This document shows positions 1 through 10,617 of a stretch of DNA of 64,000 nucleotides, piece after piece; positions within the stretch are counted from its first letter, which is position 1, and the number at the start of each line of letters is the position of its first letter. The notes below the pieces were generated by a model. The model had not been told where the DNA came from and did no database searches. It was given only the letters and a program-made list of their open reading frames with translations. Made by a program: the position numbers and the translations under genes. The stretch comes from Syntrophales bacterium. GTDB taxonomy: Bacteria > Desulfobacterota > Syntrophia > Syntrophales > UBA6807. The stretch lies in NCBI GenBank assembly GCA_040767195.1, contig JAXGPA010000003.1:259045-323044 (forward strand), in the 5' to 3' direction.

Positions 1-182
1 AAGATCTCCTTGTCCGGGTCTTCCGATTCCAGATACAGCATCTGGGCGATGATCAGGTTGGCGATTTCGTCGTTGATGGTCGTTCCGAGGAAAACGATCC
101 GGTCTTTCAGGAGCCTGGAATAAATGTCGAAAGCCCGCTCGCCCCTTCCGTCCTGTTCGATCACCATGGGGATCAGGGTCAC
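1..182 (-). CDS. clpP: ATP-dependent Clp protease proteolytic subunit (5' part; runs off window)
   Basis: Manual translation from GTG at 182: (M)[59 protein letters not shown]; directly downstream of tig. Confidence 0.95.
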   Translation of the reverse strand, partial: MTLIPMVIEQDGRGERAFDIYSRLLKDRIVFLGTTINDEIANLIIAQMLYLESEDPDKEI

Positions 183-184
183 CG

Positions 185-1510
185 TTATTCCTCCTCCTTG
201 CTTTCTTCCTTTTTCACGAGCCGTATGTTTGCCTTTTCCTCGATGTAATCGATGGTTTTCTGCTCGAACAGCTCGTCTTTCAGCCGGGCCAGGAGATTTT
301 CGTTCTTTTCAAAGGACTCCCTTACCGTGTCGTAGTCCCGGCCGTATCGCCCGGCCAGGTCGCGAAGCCGTGACTCCACGTCCGGAGCGGTGACCTGGAT
401 ACCCTCCTTTTCACCGATTTTACGGATAATGAGAGATGACTTGACCATCCGGACGGCCTGTTTTTCATACTCCTCATGCAAATTCGATACGATCTGGATC
501 GCCTGTTCCCGGGGGGCGCCGCTTCCCACCATCTTATCGACGGCGTCGGCCATGATGAAACGCTTTTCCCGCTCCACGTAGCTCGCGGGCACGGGAACAT
601 CGTTCTTCTCGATGAGCCGGTTCACGATCTCCCGCCTCATGTCCTCCCGGACCCTGTCCTGGTTCCGTTCGACGATCGTTTTCCTGACGTCTTCCCTGAG
701 TTCGTCAAGGGATTCGTATTTTTCAAAATTCTTAACGAAAGACCCGTCGAGCTCGGGGAGCTTCCGCTCCCGGATGTCCTTCAGTTCCACGTCGAAAACC
801 GCCGGCTTCCCGGCCAGGTCCGCCTTTCCGTAATCTTCGGGGAAGGTGACCTGGATCTGCCGGGATTCGCCTTTCTTCATCCCCAGGAGCTGGTCCTCGA
901 AACCGGGGATCAGGGACCCCGAGCCGACCTCGACCATGTGATGGTCCGCCGTCATGTCCTTCCTGGTTTCGCCGTCCACTTTTCCCTCGAAACGGAGAAT
1001 GGCATAGTCGTTTTTTTCGACGCCCCTGTCCCCGGTAATGCTCTCCAGGGTGCTGTGCATGAATTGAAGCTGTTTCATGCCCTTTTCGAGCTCTTCATCG
1101 GTGAGTTCCCAGTCTTCCTTTTCCACGTCGATCCCCTCGTAATCTTTCGGTTCCAGGGGCGCTTCCACCTCGACGGTGGCCGTAAACACGAAACTGCTTT
1201 CGGGGACGATCCCTTTCTGGTCGATGGACGGCTCGTTGACGGGCTCGATGTCTTTCTCCCGCAGGGCGTCGAAGAAAAACCGGTTCATGAGGCCGATGGC
1301 GGTTTCCTTTTCCGACTCTTCCCTGTAATACCTTTCAAGGACGGGCCTGGGAACCTTCCCTGCCCGGAAACCCTTCACCTTCGCCTCCCGGCCGATCTTC
1401 CGATAGACCCGGTCCATTTCTTTCTTCACTTCCGGCCAGGGAATTTCAAAGGACAGCTTCTTCTCCACCGGGCTCACATCTTCAATTTTCAGGACACTGT
1501 CAATCTCCAC
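185..1510 (-). CDS. tig: Trigger factor
   Basis: GFRAGKVP ribosome-binding motif, FKBP-like region ([11 protein letters not shown]), tig-clpP synteny. Confidence 0.95.
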   Translation of the reverse strand: MEIDSVLKIEDVSPVEKKLSFEIPWPEVKKEMDRVYRKIGREAKVKGFRAGKVPRPVLERYYREESEKETAIGLMNRFFFDALREKDIEPVNEPSIDQKGIVPESSFVFTATVEVEAPLEPKDYEGIDVEKEDWELTDEELEKGMKQLQFMHSTLESITGDRGVEKNDYAILRFEGKVDGETRKDMTADHHMVEVGSGSLIPGFEDQLLGMKKGESRQIQVTFPEDYGKADLAGKPAVFDVELKDIRERKLPELDGSFVKNFEKYESLDELREDVRKTIVERNQDRVREDMRREIVNRLIEKNDVPVPASYVEREKRFIMADAVDKMVGSGAPREQAIQIVSNLHEEYEKQAVRMVKSSLIIRKIGEKEGIQVTAPDVESRLRDLAGRYGRDYDTVRESFEKNENLLARLKDELFEQKTIDYIEEKANIRLVKKEESKEEE

Positions 1511-1722
1511 AAACCTCTCTCCTTAACCAGTATTCGATGATCGGGGAGTTCCAACGATTCCCCGTCAGTTTCCGTCGAATTTGTCAAGAATGCTTTCCTG
1601 TGTACAGGGAAAATTCCGGGGCCCCGTTCCGGGATTCGATCACCGGTTGAAACCGGAATGAAACGACAAACGATGGGGAAGCCTCCCTGTGCGAGAGCCA
1701 TGATCTCCCGGGGCATCCGATA

Positions 1723-1808
1723 TGGTGCGAGAGAGGGGAGTCGAACCCCTATCCGCGAAGCGGGCTGGATCCTAAGTCCAGTGCGTCTTCCAGTTCCGCC
1801 ACTCTCGC
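1723..1808 (-). tRNA. tRNA-Leu (anticodon TAG)
   Basis: Reverse complement GCGAGAG..TGGCGGAACTGGAAGACGC..CTGGA-CTTAGGA-TCCAG..long variable arm..GGTTCGACTCC..CTCTCGC-ACCA; tRNA-Leu upstream of tig is a common arrangement. Confidence 0.93.
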
Positions 1809-1820
1809 CTTTCAACGGTT

Positions 1821-1849
1821 ATGATAGTAACTCCCCATATCATTGTCAA
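1821..1849 (-). promoter_or_regulatory. Sigma70-type promoter for tRNA-Leu
   Basis: TTGACA-17 nt-TATCAT on the minus strand, 12 nt upstream of the tRNA. Confidence 0.7.
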
Positions 1850-1936
1850 CACGTAAAGTCAAAACGGAACGGGCCTCGAGACCCCGTCGGCGAGGGGAAA
1901 GAAAGGTCACTCGTGGGAGGGGTCCGACGATGCGAT

Positions 1937-1965
1937 TTGACAGAAACAAGATAAAAAGATATTTT
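1937..1965 (+). promoter_or_regulatory. Sigma70-type promoter for the mnmA operon
   Basis: TTGACA-17 nt-TATTTT upstream of mnmA. Confidence 0.5.
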
Positions 1966-1990
1966 TAAAAATTCAGGAAATCATGGGACG

Positions 1991-3085
1991 ATGAACGGAA
2001 GCGGAAACATGGACGGAAAAAAGGGCGACGGCGTACTCGTGGGTCTCAGCGGCGGCGTGGACAGCGCCGTGGCGGCGTGGATCCTGAAGGAACGGGGATA
2101 CCCCGTGGAGGGGCTTTATCTCCACAACGGGTTTCCCCCCCGTTCCGAGTCGAACGTTGTGAAGGTGGCAGCCAAGCTGGCTATCCCCCTTCACCGACGG
2201 GACGTGTCCGGCCCCTTCGACAAGGAGATCGTCCGCTACTTCGCGGAAGAGTACCGTGCCGGCCGGACCCCCAACCCCTGCATCCGCTGCAACCGGGACA
2301 TCAAGATTCCCGCCCTCCGCAACGAAGCCGACCGGATGGGCGTCCCCTGGATCGCCACGGGCCATTACGCCCGGACGGAGCGCACGGAAGCGGGGGACAC
2401 CGCCCTGCTCAAGGGTAAAGACGAAAAAAAAGATCAGTCTTACTTTCTCTTCCAAGTGGCCGACGATGATCTTTCCCGCCTCCTTTTCCCCCTGGGCGGC
2501 CTGACGAAGGAAGAGGTCCGGGAAATGGCCCGGCGGCTCGATCTCCCTGTTTCGGAAAAAGAAAGCCAGGAAATCTGTTTCGTCCCCGATGACGATTACG
2601 TTTCCTTTCTGAACGCCTTTTTCGCCGGCGACCCTTTTCTCCCCGGGGCCATCCGCGATCGCCGGGGCCGCGTCCTGGGCCGTCACCGGGGCATACACAC
2701 GGTCACGGTGGGCCAGCGCCGCGGGCTCGGGATCGCCTCGGAAAAGCCCTATTACGTGCTGGCCATCGACCCGGAAGCCCGGGATGTCATCGTGGGCCGG
2801 GAGGAGGAGCTTTTTTCCCGGGGACTCGTCGCCCGGGCCGTGACTTTCCGTGAAATCAGCGGAAAGGGAGGACAGGTTTTCGAGGGAACCGTGAAAATCC
2901 GATACCGCCATCCCGGTGTTTCCGCCACGTTCCAGCTCGTGAACGACGGCGAGTCGCCGCCGGCGTTCCGTGTCCTTTTTCGGACGCCCCAGAAAGCCGT
3001 CGCCCCCGGTCAGGCCGCCGTCTTTTATGACGGGAACCGTGTCGTGGGAGGCGGATGGATCGAAGAGGGGTTCGGCGAGTCATGA
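1991..3085 (+). CDS. mnmA: tRNA 2-thiouridylase MnmA
   Basis: SGGVDS, TPNPCIRCN, ATGHYAR, KDQSYFL, ESQEICF, TVGQRRGL, PGQAAVFY motifs. Confidence 0.95.
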   Translation: MNGSGNMDGKKGDGVLVGLSGGVDSAVAAWILKERGYPVEGLYLHNGFPPRSESNVVKVAAKLAIPLHRRDVSGPFDKEIVRYFAEEYRAGRTPNPCIRCNRDIKIPALRNEADRMGVPWIATGHYARTERTEAGDTALLKGKDEKKDQSYFLFQVADDDLSRLLFPLGGLTKEEVREMARRLDLPVSEKESQEICFVPDDDYVSFLNAFFAGDPFLPGAIRDRRGRVLGRHRGIHTVTVGQRRGLGIASEKPYYVLAIDPEARDVIVGREEELFSRGLVARAVTFREISGKGGQVFEGTVKIRYRHPGVSATFQLVNDGESPPAFRVLFRTPQKAVAPGQAAVFYDGNRVVGGGWIEEGFGES

Positions 3086-4395
3086 GAATTTCCCTGGCGA
3101 CCCTGGGATGCAAGGTGAACCAGTACGACACGGCGGCCCTGGCGGAAATCCTCCGGCAGGACGGCCACACCGTCGTTTCCTACCCTTCCCCGGCGGAGGC
3201 TTACATCGTCAACACCTGCACCGTCACCGGAAAGACGGACGACCAGTCCCGCCAGCTCATCCGCCGGATACACCGAAGCGATCCCCGCGCCCCCATCGTC
3301 GTGACGGGATGTTACGCCCAGATGAACCCGGGGGATCTCGAAGCCCTGGAAGGGGTCTCCCTGGTCCTGGGAAACGGCGAGAAGCCCCGGATCGGGCGCT
3401 GGATTCGTGGACTCACGGAAAAGGCGGGCACCGTTCACGTGGAGGATGCGGAAAAGGAAAAGACCTGCTTCGCCCCGGCCGTTCCGGGCCTGCCCGGGAG
3501 AACCAGGGCTTTCCTGAAAATTCAGGACGGCTGCAACGCCTTCTGCCGGTACTGCATCGTGCCCCTGGCCCGGGGACGGTCCCGGAGCCTCCCTCCCGCG
3601 GAGGTCCTGGACCGGCTGGCCCTTTTCTCCCGGAACGACTGCCACGAAGTGGTGCTGACAGGTATCCATCTGGGCACTTACGGCGAGGACCGCACCCCCG
3701 GGACGACCCTCCTCGACCTTCTCCGGCTCATCGAGGATAAAGGATCCGTGAAACGTCTTCGCCTGAGTTCCATCGAGCCGATGGAGGTCACCGGGGAATT
3801 CATCGAGTTCTGGAAAAAATCGGCTGTCCTCTGCCGCCACGCCCACATCCCCCTGCAGAGCGGCAGCGACGCCGTTCTTCGAAAGATGGGCCGACCTTAT
3901 GACAGGGCTTTTTTCCGCTCCCTCGTGCTGTCTCTCGTGGAAGCCATGCCCGACATGGCCGTGGGAACGGACGTCATGGTGGGGTTTCCCGGCGAGGAAG
4001 AAGCGGATTTCCAGGCCACCCTGTCGCTTCTGCAGGACCTTCCCCTGGCCTATCTTCACGTGTTTCCCTACTCGAAAAGGCCCGGTACGGCAGCCTTTCC
4101 CATGGACGGCCACCTTCCCGGCCAGGTGAAAAAAAAGAGGGTCGCCGCTCTCAGGGAGCAGTCCGCCGAAATGCGGGCCGCCTTTGGAAGAAAATTCATT
4201 GGGAAAACCCTCTCCGTCCTGGTAGAAGGAAAGAAGGACCGCCGGACGGGCTGGGTGAGGGGTTTTTCCGAAAATTACATTCCCTGCCTGATCCCTGAGG
4301 GGGGACAGGCCCTGGCGAACCGCATCGTACCGATGGTTCCCCGGGAAGAGAATGGAGGTGTTCTCATTGGAAACATCGCCCCCGCTGTCGAGTGA
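3082..4395 (+). CDS. mtaB: tRNA methylthiotransferase, MtaB-like radical SAM
   Basis: TLGCKVNQYD, NTCTVT, VTGCYAQ, KIQDGCNAFCRYC, HVFPYSKRPGT; ATG at 3082 overlaps the mnmA stop. Confidence 0.88.
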   Translation: MRISLATLGCKVNQYDTAALAEILRQDGHTVVSYPSPAEAYIVNTCTVTGKTDDQSRQLIRRIHRSDPRAPIVVTGCYAQMNPGDLEALEGVSLVLGNGEKPRIGRWIRGLTEKAGTVHVEDAEKEKTCFAPAVPGLPGRTRAFLKIQDGCNAFCRYCIVPLARGRSRSLPPAEVLDRLALFSRNDCHEVVLTGIHLGTYGEDRTPGTTLLDLLRLIEDKGSVKRLRLSSIEPMEVTGEFIEFWKKSAVLCRHAHIPLQSGSDAVLRKMGRPYDRAFFRSLVLSLVEAMPDMAVGTDVMVGFPGEEEADFQATLSLLQDLPLAYLHVFPYSKRPGTAAFPMDGHLPGQVKKKRVAALREQSAEMRAAFGRKFIGKTLSVLVEGKKDRRTGWVRGFSENYIPCLIPEGGQALANRIVPMVPREENGGVLIGNIAPAVE

Positions 4396-5104
4396 GCGCC
4401 GGGAGAAACTCCGTCAACTGGAGGCGGACCTCGGTGTGTCCTTCGAAGACATGAGCCTTCTCAACACGGCCCTGACCCACCGGTCTTACGTCAACGAAAA
4501 CCAGGCGATGGCCGGCGGGGACAATGAACGCCTCGAATTCCTCGGGGATGCCGTCCTCGAGCTTTGCATCAGCGACCTTCTTCTTCAGATCCATCCCGAT
4601 CACACCGAGGGAGGGCTTTCCAAGCTTCGAGCCTCCATGGTGAACGAACAGCCCCTCGCCCTCCTGGCGGACACCTTCCGCCTCGGTGAATACATCCTTC
4701 TCGGAAAGGGCGAGGAGATATCGGGAGGCCGGACCAAGCCTTCCATCCTGGCGGATGCTTTCGAGGCCATCCTCGCGGCCCTTTACCTGGACAGGGGGTT
4801 CGAAACGGTCCACCGGTTTGTCGAGCGGATTTTTGTTCCTCTCATCGGGACGGACTCGGAAGACCCCTTTTACCGCGACTACAAGACAGCCCTCCAGGAG
4901 ATCTGCCAGAGCCGCTTCAAGACCATTCCCCGGTACACCCTTCTTCACGAGTACGGTCCGGATCATGAAAAAATTTTTCACGTGCGGCTGACGGCGGCCG
5001 CGTTCATCGCCGCTACCGGCACGGGCAGAAACAAGAAGGAAGCGGAGCAGGCGGCGGCCCGGAAGGCCTTGGAACAGATCGAAAGCATGGACGACGAGCC
5101 GTGA
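4352..5104 (+). CDS. rnc: Ribonuclease III
   Basis: NERLEFLGDAVL signature, ADAFEA, C-terminal dsRBD (DYKTALQE...KKEAEQAAA). Confidence 0.95.
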   Translation: MEVFSLETSPPLSSERREKLRQLEADLGVSFEDMSLLNTALTHRSYVNENQAMAGGDNERLEFLGDAVLELCISDLLLQIHPDHTEGGLSKLRASMVNEQPLALLADTFRLGEYILLGKGEEISGGRTKPSILADAFEAILAALYLDRGFETVHRFVERIFVPLIGTDSEDPFYRDYKTALQEICQSRFKTIPRYTLLHEYGPDHEKIFHVRLTAAAFIAATGTGRNKKEAEQAAARKALEQIESMDDEP

Positions 5105-6135
5105 TCATCCCTTTCTTTCTGCGAAACCGGGGATGCCCCCACCGGTGCGTTTTCTGCAGCGAAACGGTCACCGGCGGTGACGGCGCCGACGTTTTTCCGG
5201 AAGCCGTCTTCCGGGAAAACGTGGAGAAGCATCTTCGCTCCCGCGGCAAAAAAGGCCCTGTGGAAATAGCCTTTTACGGGGGCAACTTCCTCGAAATGGA
5301 TGAAACGGTCCAGGAACGCCTGTTGCGCACGGCCTGCTTCTGGATCGAGAAAAAGGCGGTGGACTCTCTTCGCCTTTCCACGAGACCGGATTCGATCACG
5401 GAAAAACGGCTCGCCTTCCTTAGGAAACACCACGTGGGCACCCTGGAGATCGGGGTCCAGTCCCTGGCGGACGGGGTTCTGGAAAAGGCCCGGCGGGGGC
5501 ACACCGCCGACGACGCCCGGCGGGCTGTCCGGATGTCCCTCGACGGGGGGTTCCGCACGGCCGTTCACCTCATGACGGGGCTTCCCGGGGAGAAAGCGTC
5601 CGATTTTATGGAAACGGTCCTGGAAACGGCGGCCCTTGGCCCCCACATGGTCCGGATCCACCCCACCCTGGTCTTCCGGAACACGGGGCTCGAGGCGGCA
5701 TGGAAGACCGGGGCGTACACGCCCCTGTCCCTGGAAGAAGCGGTGAACCGGTGCCGGGCGGCCCTCGAAATATTTGAAAAAGCCGGGGTCTCCGTGATAA
5801 GGGTGGGCCTCCAGCAGACGGAAGCCCTGATCGGGGAACTGGTGGCCGGCCCGTATCACCCCGCCCTTCGGGACCTCGTCGCGTCATCGTCCTTCCTGGA
5901 GAGGGCGAAGACGCTCCTGGAAACCCTCCCCCCGGAAAGGGAAAAGAGAAGGGTTGTATTCAGGGTGTCCCCCCGGGACGGGTCGTCCTTCCGGGGGCAC
6001 AGGGGTGAAAACGTGAGAAAGCTCCAAAACCTCTATCCCCGGACGGACATTGAAGTCAGGGAAGACGGTGACGCCCGGCGGGGAAGCCTTTCCCTGGCGC
6101 CGGCGGACGGGAAAGGACAGGCAGCCCCGGCATGA
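5101..6135 (+). CDS. Radical SAM protein (Elp3/YhcC-like)
   Basis: CPHRCVFC motif, AFYGGNF, LSTRPD, EIGVQS, GPYHPA; coupled between rnc and era. Confidence 0.8.
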   Translation: MIIPFFLRNRGCPHRCVFCSETVTGGDGADVFPEAVFRENVEKHLRSRGKKGPVEIAFYGGNFLEMDETVQERLLRTACFWIEKKAVDSLRLSTRPDSITEKRLAFLRKHHVGTLEIGVQSLADGVLEKARRGHTADDARRAVRMSLDGGFRTAVHLMTGLPGEKASDFMETVLETAALGPHMVRIHPTLVFRNTGLEAAWKTGAYTPLSLEEAVNRCRAALEIFEKAGVSVIRVGLQQTEALIGELVAGPYHPALRDLVASSSFLERAKTLLETLPPEREKRRVVFRVSPRDGSSFRGHRGENVRKLQNLYPRTDIEVREDGDARRGSLSLAPADGKGQAAPA

Positions 6136-7046
6136 CGGAAAATACCGAAAACGCCCACCGATCCGGTTTTGTCGCCATCATCGGGAAGCCCAACGTGGGA
6201 AAATCGACCCTCCTGAACCAGGTCGTCGGGGAAAAGATCGCCATCACGACCCGAAAGCCCCAGACAACCCGGGACAGGATCCTGGGTATCCGGACCGTCG
6301 ACGGGACCCAGTTCATCTTCATCGACACGCCGGGGATCCACCAGGCCCGGTCCACCCTGAACCGGTACATGGTAAAGGCCGCCGTCCGAACCCTCGACGA
6401 AGGGGATGTGGTCCTGTTCCTCGTCGAAGCCCCGGGGGGCATCGATGAAGACGACCGGACCATCCTGGGCCTGCTGAAGAACATCACGACACCCGTTTTT
6501 CTCGTCATCAACAAGATCGACCTGGCGCCCAGGGAGACGCTCCTGCCCCTCATCGACGGCATGAAAGACCTTTACCCCTTCAGGGAAATCTTCCCGGTGA
6601 GCGCCAAAACGGGTTTCAACACGGACAGGCTCCTGGACGTCCTCCGCCGTTATCTTCCCGAGGGCCCGCCCCTTTACCCCGAAGACATGATCACCGACCG
6701 GACGGAACGGTTCATCGCCGCGGAAATCGTCCGTGAAAAGATCACGCTCCTCCTCCGGCAGGAAATTCCCTACCAGGTTGCCGTTGCCATCGACGGGTTC
6801 CGGGAAGACCCGAAAAAGGATCTCATCGTCATTCAGGCGACTATCCACACGGCCCGGGATTCCCAGAAAGGGATCCTGATCGGCCGCGGGGGGCGGATGC
6901 TGAAGGAGATCGGAAAACAGGCCCGCCTGGAAATGGAAGATTTCTTCGGAAAGCGGGTGTTCCTGGAACTCTTTGTCCGGGTGACCCGGGACTGGCCCGA
7001 AGATGAACGGATGCTTCGCGAGCTGGGCTACGGGGAAACGACATAG
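6132..7046 (+). CDS. era: GTPase Era
   Basis: GKPNVGKSTLLN, KPQTTR, DTPG, NKID, KH domain SQKGILIG. Confidence 0.95.
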   Translation: MTENTENAHRSGFVAIIGKPNVGKSTLLNQVVGEKIAITTRKPQTTRDRILGIRTVDGTQFIFIDTPGIHQARSTLNRYMVKAAVRTLDEGDVVLFLVEAPGGIDEDDRTILGLLKNITTPVFLVINKIDLAPRETLLPLIDGMKDLYPFREIFPVSAKTGFNTDRLLDVLRRYLPEGPPLYPEDMITDRTERFIAAEIVREKITLLLRQEIPYQVAVAIDGFREDPKKDLIVIQATIHTARDSQKGILIGRGGRMLKEIGKQARLEMEDFFGKRVFLELFVRVTRDWPEDERMLRELGYGETT

Positions 7047-7055
7047 GAGAGGCCC

Positions 7056-8411
7056 TTGACCGACATGTCCGCGAAACCCGTCGTTGCCATCCTGGGAAGA
7101 CCCAACGTGGGGAAATCGACCCTCTTCAACCGCCTGGCGACGCGGAAAAAAGCCATCGTCCTCGACGAGCCGGGGGTGACCCGGGACCGGAATTACGCCG
7201 ACTGCCGGTGGAAGAACCGGGAATTCGTCGTCATCGACACGGGGGGGTTCGAACCTGTCTCCCGGGACGCCCTCCTCGTCCAGATGCGGGAGCAGGCGGC
7301 CCTGGCCATGGAGGAAGCGGACGTTATCATCTTCCTCATGGACGGCCGGGAGGGGCTCACGCCCTCGGACATGGAGATCGCCGGTCTCCTCCGCAAGGTT
7401 GAAAAGCCCGTCTTTTTCGCCGTCAACAAGATGGACACGGGAAAGCAGGACCCGCTCCTCTACGATTTCTACCGCCTCGGGGAGGACCGCTTTTACCCTC
7501 TCTCGGCGGAACACGGCCTGGGAATCGCCGCCCTTATGGACGACGTCACGGCGGCCCTCGCCGCCGCCGACGAAGGAGCTGAGGAAAGGTTGGAAGACCG
7601 GGAAGACCGGGTCCGGATCGCCGTCATCGGCAAGCCCAACGTGGGAAAATCCTCCCTGGTGAACAAGATCCTCGGCTTCGAAAGAACCATCGTGAGCGAC
7701 GCCCCGGGGACGACCCGTGACGCCATCGACACCCCTTTCGAGATTTCCGGGAAGAAATATCTTCTCATCGACACGGCGGGAATCCGCAGAAAAAGCCGGA
7801 TCAGCCGGAAGCTGGAAAAATACACCGTCATGGAGGCGATCCGCACCCTCGACCGGTGCGACATCGCCCTGCTCCTCATCGACGCCGCGGAAGGGATCAC
7901 CGAGCAGGACGCCAAGATCGCCGGCCTCGCCTTCGAGCGGGGCGTCGCCACGATCATCGTCCTCAACAAATGGGACCTCGTCGCAAAAGACGACCGGACC
8001 CTCGGTCAGTACGCCTTGAAGGTCAAAGACACCCTGAAGTTCATGGACTATGCCCCCATCCTGTCCGTTTCCGCCGTCACGGGACAGCGGGTCCTCCGGG
8101 TCTTCGAGGCCATCGACGCCGTCTACGGCCAGTACACGACCCGGATTTCGACAGGCGAGCTGAACCGGAAGATGGAGGAGATCACCGCCGCCCTCCCGCC
8201 GCCTCTTCTCCGGGGAAAGCGAAACCCCCTGTATTTCGGGACCCAGTTCGCCGTCAAGCCGCCCTCCTTCGTTTTCTTTGTCCGGGAGCCGTCGGCCATC
8301 CATTTTTCCTACCAGAGGTACCTCATGAACCGGATCCGCGAGGCCTTCCACCTCGACAAGGTGCCCCTGCGCCTCGTATTTCGAAAAAAAGGAAAGGATA
8401 ACAAAAAGTAG
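7056..8411 (+). CDS. der: Ribosome biogenesis GTPase Der (EngA)
   Basis: Two G domains (GRPNVGKS/DTGG and GKPNVGKS/DTAG), SAEHG, C-terminal HFSYQRYL. Confidence 0.95.
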   Translation: MTDMSAKPVVAILGRPNVGKSTLFNRLATRKKAIVLDEPGVTRDRNYADCRWKNREFVVIDTGGFEPVSRDALLVQMREQAALAMEEADVIIFLMDGREGLTPSDMEIAGLLRKVEKPVFFAVNKMDTGKQDPLLYDFYRLGEDRFYPLSAEHGLGIAALMDDVTAALAAADEGAEERLEDREDRVRIAVIGKPNVGKSSLVNKILGFERTIVSDAPGTTRDAIDTPFEISGKKYLLIDTAGIRRKSRISRKLEKYTVMEAIRTLDRCDIALLLIDAAEGITEQDAKIAGLAFERGVATIIVLNKWDLVAKDDRTLGQYALKVKDTLKFMDYAPILSVSAVTGQRVLRVFEAIDAVYGQYTTRISTGELNRKMEEITAALPPPLLRGKRNPLYFGTQFAVKPPSFVFFVREPSAIHFSYQRYLMNRIREAFHLDKVPLRLVFRKKGKDNKK

Positions 8412-8427
8412 CATACGGAATAATTCG

Positions 8428-8457
8428 TTGACATGCCCCCGTCCCTGTGATAAAAAT
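8428..8457 (+). promoter_or_regulatory. Putative promoter of the liv operon
   Basis: Perfect TTGACA followed by an AT-rich -10 region (TGATAAAAAT); AAGGAGG RBS before 8513. Confidence 0.45.
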
Positions 8458-8512
8458 CCCGATTATTTCGGGGTCTTAAAGGTCAAAGAAAAGGGGAAAA
8501 GAAGGAGGAATT

Positions 8513-9646
8513 ATGAAAAGATTCATCGTCGTGCTCATGGCCCTGTCCCTCGTTTTCGCCGTCTTTGGAACCGCCGTGGCGGCGGATAAGAAGGCGGAAC
8601 CCGTCCGGATCGGCATTTATCTTCCCATGACGGGCGCCGTCGCTGCTTACGGGCAGATGGAATACGCCGGCGTCCAGGTGGCGAACAAGATGAAACCCAC
8701 CGTCCTGGGAAGGCCCGTCGAGCTCTTCCTCGTGGACACGAAAAGCGACAAGATCGAGGCCGCCAACGCCGTCGACCGCCTGATCAAGAAGGAAAAAGTC
8801 CATGCCATCATCGGCGAGGCCATCAGCGGCAACACCATGGCGGGCGGTCCCATCGCCGACAAGTCCAAGGTTCCCATGGTGTCCCCGACGGCCACGAACC
8901 CGCTGGTGACCCAGAACCGGGAATACGTCTTCCGGGTATGCTTCATCGACCCCTTCCAGGGGGAGATGGCGGCGAAGTACGCCTTTGAAGTCCTGGGGGC
9001 GCGGAAGGCCGCCATGATGATCGACATCGCCCAGGACTACTGCGTCGGCCTGGGGAACTTCTTCGCCAAGAGCTTCATCAAGCAGGGGGGGAAGATCGTC
9101 GCCATGACCTACTTGCAGACGGGAGACCAGGACTTCACCGCCCAGCTGTCCACCATCATGGCCGCCAAGCCCGATGTTCTGTACCTGCCCAACTACTACG
9201 CGGAAGTCGCCCTGACCTGCAAACAGGCGGCGGAACTGGGCCTCAAGGTCCCGGTCTTCACCGCTGACGGCGCCCAGGCGCCCGAGCTCATCAGCATCGG
9301 GGGCAAAGACGTGGAAGGGGTCATCCTGACCGCCCATTTCGCCAAGGAAGCGGCGGCGACGGACCTTGCCAGAAATTACATTGAGAACTACACGAAGGAA
9401 ACGAAGAAAGAGGCCAGCGGGTTCGACGCCCTGGGCGCCGACGCCTATTTCGTCATCCTCGACGCCATGACCCGGGCCAAATCGACGGACGGACCCAAGA
9501 TCCGGGAAGCCCTGGCGAGCACGAAGAACTTCAACGGCGTGTCCGGTGTCATCAACATCGGCCCCGACGGGAACGCCGTCAAGAGCCTCGTCCTTCTCCA
9601 CGTGAAGGACGGCGATTTCAGGTACCTGGCCACGGTCAACCCGTAG
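8513..9646 (+). CDS. livK: Branched-chain amino acid ABC transporter substrate-binding protein
   Basis: Signal peptide, PTATNP, FRVCFIDPFQG, DQDFTAQL; first gene of a liv cluster. Confidence 0.85.
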   Translation: MKRFIVVLMALSLVFAVFGTAVAADKKAEPVRIGIYLPMTGAVAAYGQMEYAGVQVANKMKPTVLGRPVELFLVDTKSDKIEAANAVDRLIKKEKVHAIIGEAISGNTMAGGPIADKSKVPMVSPTATNPLVTQNREYVFRVCFIDPFQGEMAAKYAFEVLGARKAAMMIDIAQDYCVGLGNFFAKSFIKQGGKIVAMTYLQTGDQDFTAQLSTIMAAKPDVLYLPNYYAEVALTCKQAAELGLKVPVFTADGAQAPELISIGGKDVEGVILTAHFAKEAAATDLARNYIENYTKETKKEASGFDALGADAYFVILDAMTRAKSTDGPKIREALASTKNFNGVSGVINIGPDGNAVKSLVLLHVKDGDFRYLATVNP

Positions 9647-9673
9647 CGCCAGGCGGAATTTAAAAGCGATACG

Positions 9674-9702
9674 AGCAGGGGGGAGGCCGCTCCCCCCTGT
9701 TT
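9674..9702 (+). terminator. Stem-loop after livK (partial terminator or mRNA stabiliser)
   Basis: CAGGGGGGAG-GCCG-CTCCCCCCTG followed by TTT. Confidence 0.55.
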
Positions 9703-9723
9703 CCGTATGGAGAACACACACCC

Positions 9724-10611
9724 GTGGAATTCAGCCTGTTCGCCCAGCAGCTCATCAACGGCCTGTCCCTGGGAAGCCTTTACGGCCTCATCGCCATCGG
9801 GTACACCATGGTTTACGGGATCCTCCGGCTCATCAACTTCGCCCACGGCGACGTGATGATGATGGGGTGCTTTTTCGCTTTTTACGGCATCATGATTTTT
9901 TCCCTGCCCTGGTGGGCGTCCTTTCCCATCGCCATCGTCCTGACGGCCCTCCTGGGCATTCTTATCGACCGGGGGGCCTACAGGCCCGTCCGGAACGCCC
10001 CGCGGATCTCCGCCCTCATCACCGCCATCGGCGTGTCCTTTTTTCTTGAGAACCTGGGGCTCGTCATTTTCGGCGGCCGCCCCAAGGGATTCCCCCGGCC
10101 GGACATCTTCGCCGGAATTTACACCATTGGGGACGTCCGCTTCCTGGGCCTTTCCGTCTGGGTTCCCCTCATCACCCTGGCCCTGCTCCTTTTCATCCTC
10201 TTTCTCGTTTACCGGACCCGTGCGGGCCGGGCCATGCGCTGCATTTCCTACGACATGGAAACCACGCGGCTCATGGGGGTGGACGTGAACCGCATCGTGG
10301 CCATCACCTTTGCCGTCGGGTCCGCCGCCGCCGCCGCCGGCGGGATCATGTGGGCCATGAAATACCCCCAGATCAATCCCCTCATGGGCGTCATTCCAGG
10401 CCTCAAGGCCTTCGTCGCCGCCGTTCTCGGGGGCATCGGGAACGTCGTCGGCGCCATGCTGGGGGGGCTGATCCTGGGGCTGGCGGAGATCCTCCTCGTG
10501 GCCATCCGGCCCGATCTTTCGGGATACCGGGACGCCATCGCTTTCGGCATCCTCATCCTCATTCTCCTTTTCAGGCCCACGGGCCTCCTGGGAGAGAAAC
10601 TGCCCGAGTAA
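9724..10611 (+). CDS. livH: Branched-chain amino acid ABC permease
   Basis: GYTMVYGILRLINFAHG, GLKAFVAAVLGGIG, RPTGLLG. Confidence 0.9.
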   Translation: MEFSLFAQQLINGLSLGSLYGLIAIGYTMVYGILRLINFAHGDVMMMGCFFAFYGIMIFSLPWWASFPIAIVLTALLGILIDRGAYRPVRNAPRISALITAIGVSFFLENLGLVIFGGRPKGFPRPDIFAGIYTIGDVRFLGLSVWVPLITLALLLFILFLVYRTRAGRAMRCISYDMETTRLMGVDVNRIVAITFAVGSAAAAAGGIMWAMKYPQINPLMGVIPGLKAFVAAVLGGIGNVVGAMLGGLILGLAEILLVAIRPDLSGYRDAIAFGILILILLFRPTGLLGEKLPE

Positions 10612-10617
10612 GAGATC

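Noticed and set aside
1723..1808. tRNA-Leu as an island integration site
   Set aside because: No integrase and no duplicated tRNA 3' end seen; both flanks are housekeeping genes.
6033..8414. Long antisense ORFs (793 aa here; also 476-1540, 9445-11343, 18033-20225, 36425-38647, 40099-42411, 47296-49101)
   Set aside because: Shadow frames opposite well-supported genes, expected in GC-rich DNA; no recognisable motifs.
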